Source: Eukaryota sp. GEM-RC1 (lineage: Eukaryota). From it: 64,000 nucleotides of DNA. This document shows positions 51,601-61,300 of the stretch, in pieces. Made by a program: the position numbers and the translations under genes. Where the stretch lies: NCBI GenBank assembly GCA_040285855.1, contig JAUFOQ010000010.1, forward strand, positions 1,736,001-1,800,000, read 5' to 3'. Numbering within the stretch: the first letter of the stretch is position 1; each line of letters begins with the position of its first letter. The notes below the pieces were generated by a model that was not told where the DNA came from, did no database searches, and was given only the letters and a program-made list of their open reading frames with translations.

Positions 51601-53684
51601 TCCTTGTTTTAATTACCTTACACAAGGAAATTATTTAGATACCGAACCCTCCTATACTATCCATGCAGCTGGAAGAACCAATCCACTGATTGTCCTTGAT
51701 GTGAATTTTGTTCGTCAAAATGAATTTCATTATAGTCCCTTAATATCAAAACTTGTGATAACTCCGATTTTTGAACCTACACTTCAACAGGTTTTCAACG
51801 ATCATTTTATTGATATTTACACTTATTTTGTCTTCAATGTGAACTCATACTACGACTATTTCACTCAATACAGTAATCCTCTTTCATATAAAAGTATCAA
51901 TTTCAAAGCGTTAGCCCGACTATGTCTCTGTTATTACTCCCTGTCTCAGAAACTTTTCCTGTTTGAACCAGAATGTACAGGATTTACTTTGCTCGTGTTT
52001 CTTCCTGGAAGTCCAGAAATTACAACTCTCAGTAATACTATTGAGAATGAGTTTGAGAGTCAGAAAAAAAGTCGATCTGGTGGTCTATACATCCCAGCTT
52101 CTTCTGAGAAGCCAGGTGTGTATCCGTTGTATTCAAGTCTGGATTCAGTCCAACAAGATGCAGCTGTGGCTAAACCAGCGAAAAAACAATTTAAAATTGT
52201 CATTGCTACCAATATAGCAGAATCTTCCTTGACTATTGATGGGGTCCAATTTGTCATTGACTGTGGTTTGTCAAAGCAAACTGATGCAGATGACCTTCTC
52301 GACACTCATCATTGCTCCATTGCTTCTTTGGACCAGCGCTCTGGTCGTGCTGGAAGAAATTCTCCTGGACTTTCGTTACGTCTTGTGCAGACAAACTTAT
52401 ATCCGGATGGAACTTTGAGATTGCATTATGATAAACCAGAAATTCTAACTTGTTCGTTGATTGAGCCATTGTTAACAATCAAACAGATCGCTGAAAATCC
52501 TCAATTTTTAATCAGTAATCTTCCAAATCCCCCTGAATTTTTTTATCAGTCAACTGCCTGATGTTTCTTCTAGTGACAACATCATATCTTCGGTTGATGT
52601 TCTTTTCCGCACTAATGTTCTTTCAAGAAACCAACTAAATTCTCCCCTTACTTATCTCGGAAAGATTTGCACCAATGCCAATATTTCATTCTACAACTTC
52701 AAGTTTTTATTTTTCTGTTTAACAAACAATTACCTGTGTCCTGGATTAATTCTTCTTGCGGGTATCAATTCTATGTCGTTCATTCGTTGCTCTCGAACAA
52801 CTTTTATGTCATTTTACGATTTGTATACCTTTTCACAATCGATTCCTTTACTCAAACAACTCTCTACTATTGAAGAATCTAAAGTTGTACGTTCAGACAT
52901 GTTTTTCAAATTATCCTTGGTTCATTACATTTTATGTGGCGAATTTATTAAAAATCTGGATATTGTCCCAACACGTAATCAAACCCTTCATGATCAAGCC
53001 CTTAAGAATTTATCTAAATTAGTTTTTCTGAAAAAACTAGAGCGATATTTAAATGAATTAAGATCTTTAATTTCACGTTTCGTGGATATGGAAGATTCTA
53101 ATGCTCATCTCAAAAATCAATTAAATGTATTGGAAGGCATTGCTCTAAAGCTTGTCAATTTCATATCAAGTCCTTCTGAAGTTACACTCAATAAGTTTCA
53201 AAATGAATCAACAATCTTCTCTTCTCTTTTTGAACCTCCAAATTCAACGACGTCTCTCTTTCAAGCCATTGTGGCTTCTTATCCCAATAAGTCATTCCAT
53301 TCAACTGTAGTAGACAATTCATTCTCAGTTAGGTTGAAGTTGGAAGGTTATGTCAATGGAGAAAAATTTAACAACTTTATAAAGAAATTGTTTGATGAAC
53401 AAAATATTGTCAAATCTTCCAAATCTCTAAAAGTTAATGACAGTGGTGATGACAGTACTCGTTCAGAGACATTATGTTCAAAAGTTAAAATTACTTCAGA
53501 TCTAGCTCCAGGTGAAACCCAAAGCACTGTTGTTATGTTGCATTCAGAGAATACAACTGAAATTGAAAATCTACTGTTTGTCAACAAGTGCCGTGGAACT
53601 CTTGATTCATTAAAAATTTTTCTCTTACGTTCCATCTTGATTGGCATAGATTCATTATCAATTTACGATTCAATTTATCAATGA
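48659..53684 (+). CDS. 2A-containing polyprotein: repeat leader - 2A - P/E/T-rich linker - CCHC knuckle - DEAH/RHA-family RNA helicase with HA2-like region
   Basis: GQTGSGKS, CQPRVLPA, DEVHER, SAT, LVFLPG, ATNIAESSLTIDGV, QRSGRAGR; a shift in the T run at ~52538-52544 continues into LTYLGK (HA2-like) and ORF 52773..53684; knuckle CLFCLLPGHSYNDC at 49934-49975. Confidence 0.88.
48691..49160 (+). repeat. 3 x 153-bp tandem repeat (51 aa) in the helicase leader, each with a long hairpin
   Basis: Units start 48691, 48844, 48997; ttcatctcatcatcca pairs with tggatggtgggttgaa around actgt-ttccatagc-acggt. Confidence 0.95.
49163..49213 (+). other. 2A/StopGo ribosomal skipping peptide WKRDLSIDGDVEQNPG|P (mirror copy at 41282-41332, minus strand)
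   Basis: Exact D(V/I)ExNPGP consensus preceded by RDLxxDG. Confidence 0.88.
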
Positions 53685-56251
53685 CATTGAAAGTTGTCAA
53701 TGCCCGAGAATTTTGGAACATGTACAAGCAATTGTTACAGTGGGGTAATATCGTACATTTGACTATACCAAGAAATTCTATTAAATTAACTTTCGACATT
53801 ATGTCAAGTCCTTGTAGTGATTTGACTCAATACACTCGTATTGATAATGAGTGGTCCAAGGAAGTTAAATGTGCCAAATCACTGTTCCCTGTACCTACAG
53901 ATCTAGGTTATCATAATGGTATTTCTGTTGGTGATAAGTTTCCACAATTCTTGTCTCATATTCCTTCTTCATGTCAATACTTGTTCATCGTATGGCTAAT
54001 GAACTTCAATATCAATTTGGTTTCGGAAATGGCAAAGCCATCTATCAAGGTTGGTACACCAATGCATTGTCAAGATTCGAGGGTCAAACAATTAATTGTA
54101 TACAGTAATGAGCTGGATATTCATGGATCTTTTGAGGTAAAACGTGTCTGGAATGTTTACTGGCCTTATCAAGAGTTACCAATCGAATCCACCTTTGGAT
54201 GTATCAATCGATTACGTATTTTGGTTTATTTAACGGAACAAGGTGAGGTTCCCATAACTGTGTTGAAAGCATGGTATGACAACCTTATTATTCTTGATTT
54301 CAACTTACTGAAAAGTAACAGTCCACCAGTTACCGTGGATTATGTGAATGGAAGGAAACATCATTTCCAGTTACTAAATTTCCAAGTCAATGATGAACAG
54401 GACCTGTTGATGTGCTTTGATCCTGCGTGTCCTTTATGTGCATCATCATGTACTACACTTAATGAAGTCGTATATTCTGAAATTACCTTAGCCCAACACA
54501 AGGTTGAAGAACCTATGATCCCCGAAAACGCTGACCTTCCTGAACCCATGATTAGTGAAACTACTGCATTGCCCCAGTCACCAGTAGCTACAAGTACTTT
54601 GGATTTGTCATCTTGGACTAAGTCGTATTGTACTGCCTCTTCTCATACTGCTAAATATTTAGGACAAAATGTTCAAATCTTAAATTTTACACGTGAAGAA
54701 ATGAGAACTTTCTTATCAACAATTGCCATTGGAACGTTGAATATAGACAACGATGTTGTCGAAACTCTTCATACAGAATGTTTTTCTGCTATTACTCCTA
54801 CTCCTACTCCTGTGTTGAATGTTACATTACGATCTGTAGTCTACAACATTGATAAAGAACTCCGAAGGTTCAGTCGCAGTATTGATCAAGATAGACAACA
54901 TTGTTTACCATTTGACAATCAATTGACTATGTTTGCACTTCATCATCAATTACTTTCCAAGGCCATACTAATTGCTTTTGAAGGGCCCAAATTTATGCTT
55001 CAATACCAGCCAAAAACAGACAAACAAAAGACTATTCGACAAGTATTACCGTTGCCGTTGGCCAGAGACAGTTTTGATTCTCAATGTATTGACATGGCTG
55101 CTGCAAAAATTGTTTTGTTGTCGCAACGAAGACTCTGTTGTTGATCATTTTTGTGCAGGAAGATGAAAAAATTGTGTTAATTGTTCAGAATTATCAACAT
55201 TCATGGATTTAAACCTGTCTGAAAATGATCGTGATGAAGAATTCAAAAGTTTGAAGTGCTATGACGATTTCGTTCTAGTTGTCGGCACTTGTACAATCCG
55301 AAAGCTAAATTTGTTTGAAAGGGAGCTGCTTGGTGAACAACATGTATGGGAATTTTGCTCCTGCCACAAAGATGACAGAATTATAGATGCAGTGTATGTT
55401 AAACATTATGACACAATAATGTACATCACGGAATTTGGGTTCTGTATTGGTTTCGGATTGAAACTACCAAAGAAAGAGATTCAATTTATAATTAATTGTT
55501 CATGTGGTGAGTTAACAGGTCAACTGTTAAAAATCGATTTTTACAATGATTTAAATTCTTTCATTGTTTTGAAAAGGATGGAACACTGTTAATGCTTTCA
55601 GCATTATCTGTGATGGGTATTTCTGGTGTACCATTAGAAGTTCATGATGTTCGTTATTGTGATTCAAAAATATTTACGAACAACGAAGTCTTGATCTACA
55701 TGCTTTAACTGTTCAATCGACTCAACACGTTCAACAAGTTGAGATTCCTGTTGTTGAAGAAAGTGCTCATGCCATCGACATTGATACGACAAAAGACTTC
55801 AGTTTCTTTCATCTAAATGGAATTTTGATGAAAAAATCAACAATGTGAAGCATTTGTTGACTATATTTGAGTTACAAAAGTTGTAATTACAACTGATTCA
55901 GTTGACAAAGTAAGGAAACTTTCAAGGCTTCGTCCTGAGATTTCGTTTAAAGTTGTGTCAATAGAGGGTGGAAAACACCGAAAGATTACATCAAGTCTGA
56001 AAACATTCGATGAACAGACTGGTCCTGTTTTATTGATCAGTACTACTCAATTAGCGGTTAACCATTCTGTTCGGGCTGATCTTTGTATAATCTTTGATCT
56101 GCCAAATGATGCCAGACATGTTTACAATTTGTATGAGAATAATCAAAAAATCGTTGTCTTTTACGATTCTATCAGTGATAAGGACAAAATGCAAAATTTA
56201 GAAAAACACTTCTTTAGACCCTCAGGATTGCAAGCACTTCATTTTATATAG
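53681..56251 (+). CDS. Downstream ORF chain (53681..55144, 55203..55592, ~55880..56251), possibly the C-terminal part of the helicase polyprotein; ends in a degenerate DEAD-box RecA2-like domain
   Basis: ATGA overlap with the upstream ORF; KVVITTDSVDKVRKL...FKVVSIEGG...VLLISTTQLA...CIIFDLP...DKMQNLEKHF resembles an eIF4A/Dbp5 C-terminal domain lacking motif VI. Confidence 0.5.
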
Positions 56252-56717
56252 TCTTTCAATAATTCATTGATGTTTTTTTATTATGTAGAACAATATACTT
56301 TATAACTATTTTTCTTTATTTATCAATCAACGAAGAAGTTGATTGATTGGGTTTATCTGGTCTAAATTTATAATTTATACCATGATTTTTCACATAAACT
56401 ATGCTACCACATCTACACTGAATATGTAACAAATTGGTCTGGTTTAATATGTCACATTTTCTGACATACTAAATCTGTAACAAATTTCTGTCAGATTTCA
56501 GGTGGATGAAATTCACGGATTGTTCTGTATGTAATAACTATGTAACAAAACATTGGTATTCAGACTACGTCTGACACAGTTCAAACTGCAAAATTGAACA
56601 TTGTAATATTGTACAATTATTATTGTTTATTCGTTGTGGTATTCTTACCTGTTATACAAAATTATAAATACATCTATATTGTACTATTTATTCTCTATCA
56701 CTATCAATTCATTTTTT

Positions 56718-58234
56718 TTAAAGTCTTTTTGATTCCAAAAGCACTTGCAGTGGTTTTAATTCTTCGTTTTCCTGTTTTTTCCCTAAAACGTCATTTTCGT
56801 CTTTTGTCTTTGACGATTTGTTTTCAAATTTTGTTGTTGAAACATCAATTACATTTTGTTCTGTCATCAAATCAGGTTGTACACTCTGAAGTAGATCATA
56901 CATAACAAGACATAGATTTTTTCTTGATCTGTTAGTGTATAATTTTGTCTGATTTTGTTCCTGACGTGCATCAACCATTAATCCTTGTAAAATTAAAGTA
57001 ACATTCAAACAGACAATCCATCCACAGATAAGAGACGATGTTGACTGTGCAAAAGGTATATAGTAGTCCACCTTATACTCTGGTAATCTTGCAAACAGAT
57101 TTGTTTCCCCACATCCATAAACAGTTCTAAAAGGATTAACGATTAATTCAGTGGTTAATGAGTAATCCAAAGAATCATAAATATTGAATAATAAAACATT
57201 TGCTTCATTTAGAAACAATTCAATAAGAATCCAATGACCAGATCCTGCATCACCAGGAACATGTTCTTTCACCAAACATAATGGGGCAAGAATTCTTTTC
57301 CTGATTTTAGTGTATCGACAATAGCCTTACCAGAATGTAAGGCATAGCATATTGGATCACCTACCAACTGTTGAGTTTCTTGAGATTGCAGGAACTTGTA
57401 CCTACTTGATTTAAATTTTTGGAATGCAAGCATCACAATGAAATCAAGTTCAGAACTCAACAAGAGTTGTGTTTTACCTTCTCTATCATCCTTTGTCAAC
57501 ATTTTTTCAATATCACAAAATCCAAATTTTAATTTTGAATTTATGTAAAACTGATCACTGATTAAATCTACAGAAAGAAACAACGGGTTACGTTGTTTTT
57601 TGCGTTTCATAGGTTTAGATAAATTAGCATTATCAATGACCGGAACAGGAACTATTTCAGATGGTTCAGAGAAAATAGAATGAATATGATTGATTGCGAA
57701 GTTATCAATACGACGTTTTGGTGAAGGAAAAACGACTTGAGATGGAGTATCGTCAATGCGAGTATTGTCACAATCATGGAAAAGATTAGGAGATTGAGGC
57801 TGAGGAGGAGGAGGAGAAAGAGCAATTGTAACTCGTTTAACGTCTTTGAGTAGATCCTTGAGATGATTTAGAGTTGAAGTTGTTGAAGGAAGTGGAAGAG
57901 ATATGTCACGCTTCTCATAAGAACCATCAAAAGGAAAGAGATGAACAGTTTCTAGATCAACATCTAGCACAATGGCAACGGCTCATTTGTAGTTGAGGCA
58001 AAAATCCATGGTACCCTTTTTAAGATCATCTGGTAAGTCAGATGTTGACACTTCCGTTATGTGGATGGATTTAGTTCTCCATGAATTGTATGTTCCATAA
58101 GGAAGAAGAACAAGTGACAAGTTAACTGCATGCTTATCAGCAAGCTTTACAACAAGTTTCATATATGTTTTGATGGTACGGGAACGACTTTCTTGTTCAG
58201 AAGTATTTCTGAGTTTGAAGATTGAGTAGGACAT
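56718..58234 (-). CDS. Ulp1-like (peptidase C48) SUMO/ubiquitin-like protease, frameshifted
   Basis: ORFs 57983..58234, 57269..57970, 56718..57275; catalytic order GHWILI...IYDSL...AQ(STSSL)ICGWIVC. Confidence 0.75.
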
Positions 58235-58348
58235 GGGAAATTCTGATATAGACTTTATTACAGATTTCGTTTTTTAACACGTGAATTCACACACACATGT
58301 CCATTACAGTCTGTGTGGGATTTCATTTTCCTTCCTCCTACAGTATAA

Positions 58349-61300
58349 ATGTCGTTTGTTCTGCATCCAAACAGATGTTGTCCGCCATCCTGTCCTTATC
58401 TGACTCAACTTGTGACTGTTTCCATTGCACGGTTTCGGGCTCAGTTGAGTTTAGATAAGGACAGTTCTTTCCCCTCCACTGCCTCCACTGCTGTTGCTTC
58501 TCCCTCTACTGCCGTTGCTTTCCCCACTGCCGTTGCTTCGATAATGCCGCCATCCTGTCCTTATCTGACTCAACTTGTGACTGTTTCCATTGCACGGTTT
58601 CGGGCTCAGTTGAGTTTAGATAAGGACAGTTCTTTCCCTCCACTGCCTCCACTGCTGTTGCTTCTCCCTCTACTGCCGTTGCTGTAATGACTGCCGTTGC
58701 TTCGATAATGCCGCCATCCTGTCCTTATCTGACTCAACTTGTGACTGTTTCCATTGCACGGTTTCGGGCTCAGTTGAGTTTAGATAAGGACAGTTCATTC
58801 TGTGTTTTATCAACACATACATTTGTTGCCATGAAGTACTCGTCTCCCCTGTTTATCCCTTCCCATCCTCCGTTCCCAAAAGACCTCACCGCTGATGGTG
58901 ATATTGAATCCAATCCAGGACCCGTAACTCAAGAAGCCATAAACTCAGTTTATCCTCATCAATGGGTTGATGACGAAGCGATAGTGGAGTACTGTAAAGT
59001 GATATTTCAAGAAGCAGAGTTAGACTTTGAAAGCATGTTTATCCATCCGACCACATTGCTTCAATATATTGTTTCACCAGATGCCCCGCTAGATCAATGG
59101 TTGTTGACGAAACTTGAGAAAAATCAAAGAACAAACTCCAAATATCTCTTTGTTCCCCTTAGTGATACCATGACTAGAAATACTAATTATTCCAGAGAAG
59201 GTGTCACTGGTTATCATTGGGGTTTAGCCATTATAGACTGTTCTGAAAAGGAATGGATCTTCATTGATCCAATGTTAACTAGTGAAGATATGAGTAAGTC
59301 TATGGTAAAATCAGCTGTAGACATATTATCCGAAGTACTTGTGCCATGGGGGTATGATTTCCGTTATGTGCATGTGACTAAAAGTCAGTCTGCTAACGAC
59401 TGTGGAGTTTATGTCATTGCGTATATTCATAAATATGTTGAACTTTTTAAAACACTCATGTATGTTCCGTCTCTGATGTATATGGAGTCTGATTTGGTCC
59501 AAGTGAACAATGAACTTCAAGCAGACATATTTCGTGAAAAAATTCGGGATGTATTGTCTCAACAAAGGACACTTTATCTACAACAACGTCAAACCACAGT
59601 AGCTCCTATTGTACCATCGTTACCCATTCAACCTCCTGCCGGTAAAGAACATCCAACCACTTCAATTCCTCTCACAGGTTCACGTCTTGCTAGCACTAAA
59701 ACATCTACTGGTTTTAGCACTAAAAAAAGTAAGCCCAAAATTTCTGATATTCCATCACCACGAGGTTCACCTTTAATTCAACGAAATAAATTTAGAACTA
59801 CCAGCTCCCTTGTTTCAACTGGTGACACTCCAATACGAAAGACTCACCGCCGTATGTCCACATTGGAATCATCTGAAGTACCACCATCTGAATTGCCTCC
59901 ATCACCATCTGAAGTACCACCATCTGAACTACCACCAAAATCACAGGCCTCCATTATGTCGTATCCATCGCCAATTCAAGAAGAAATCCAAAAAATGGAA
60001 GTAAATCTACACACTGAGCCTATAGAAGAAGAAATACAAATTCAAGACTTTCTTAAATCCCCTCTACTTTGGAACAATCTACCAACTTTTTGTTTAATTC
60101 ATGTTCAAAGTGATTTTGCCAAAAAGAAAGAATTATTGGCAGAAATGTTCAACTTGTTCAAGAAGATGATGATTACATTGAAACTGTTGAAGGTGAAGCT
60201 GAAGATCAATTAGAAGTTAAACGTGATTCTTCTGTTGATCCGATTGTATCAATTTCCATCCAGATCATTGATCACAATGAGTTTAATGAAAAGCATTTAT
60301 TTTCTCATGGTAATTTTGATACTACAAACTTGGATTTGTGTACTTTACATATTTCAGATAGTGAATCCAGTATGCTTAAAAACTTCATTTCCTTCATTAC
60401 TCAACATTGTCCACGATTGTTTGTGAGTTATGACTTTCACTTAGATACATTTCCCTTTCTTGTATCACGTTGTCAAGTCCTCAAAATCAATACAACGTTT
60501 ACTTTTCCAGAATTTAAACCCTACATTCCCTTTTGGTTCAACAAATGGTGTAAGGAAACAACTTTTGGTCCGTTTTTTAGTCTTGATTTGAATGCTGTAC
60601 TGAAGAATTTTTATGTCTTTACTGGTGGCCGTTTTTTGGAAAATGTTGTTCAAATTTTTCTTGAAATGAATAATTTTTCTAAAAATGAAACTGTCAAACG
60701 CTTGGAAGAACTTAATCATGACTCTGATCCTGATGAAGTTCAATTGGTCAATAATGTCCAAAACTTGCATGGCATAATTGACAGTATTAATGTTTTAGTT
60801 CCAGACAATCCCAAAGTGAAGGTCGATAAGATTAAAAAGAAATTTGTAAGAAATTTGGAGAAAGTAAATGAACTTTGGGCCAAGGAATCGACAAGACCGC
60901 TATTGTTGATCAACTCAATTCAACAATTACCTCTGATTGAGTACTTGTTGGCTGACCTATTGGATCCCAAAAAACAAACATTACGTTCAAGGTCACCAAT
61001 GAAAGTGGTTAAGAAACGACTAGACAATGTTGTATCCAAAGCGAAGGTTAAATTTATTGAATCTCGTGTTAGGAGAGCTCATCAAGTACGAGTCCGTGGT
61101 ACTCTCTTTTTGAAACATTTTTTTGTTCATAATTTTCACCATTCTGGTATTTTAGGTTACATTCAGAAGTTACTGCCTGCTACTGTTCCAAATGTAACTG
61201 TTAAGCAAGAAATGAATTCTGATACAGATGAGTCAACTGAAGAAGAAACAGATGTACATTCAGAGTCTATCAATGATACTCCACCTATTAAATTAGAAAA

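Larger units (their letters stand above)
38150..52346. repeat. Giant inverted duplication (palindrome): arms 38150-45207 and 45296-52346, 88-bp spacer
   Basis: Arms are reverse complements throughout (mirror ORFs, e.g. 40133..41836(-) vs 48659..(+)); outer breakpoint gaccagagcgc / gcgctctggtc; scattered substitutions and homopolymer indels between arms. Confidence 0.95.

Noticed and set aside
58390..58464. Leader hairpin as a known ribozyme (HDV-like, twister, hammerhead)
   Set aside because: Loop UUCC plus downstream GG(G) is suggestive, but I found no HDV P1 partner strand, no twister P2/UAA arrangement and no CUGANGA core; left as an unassigned structure
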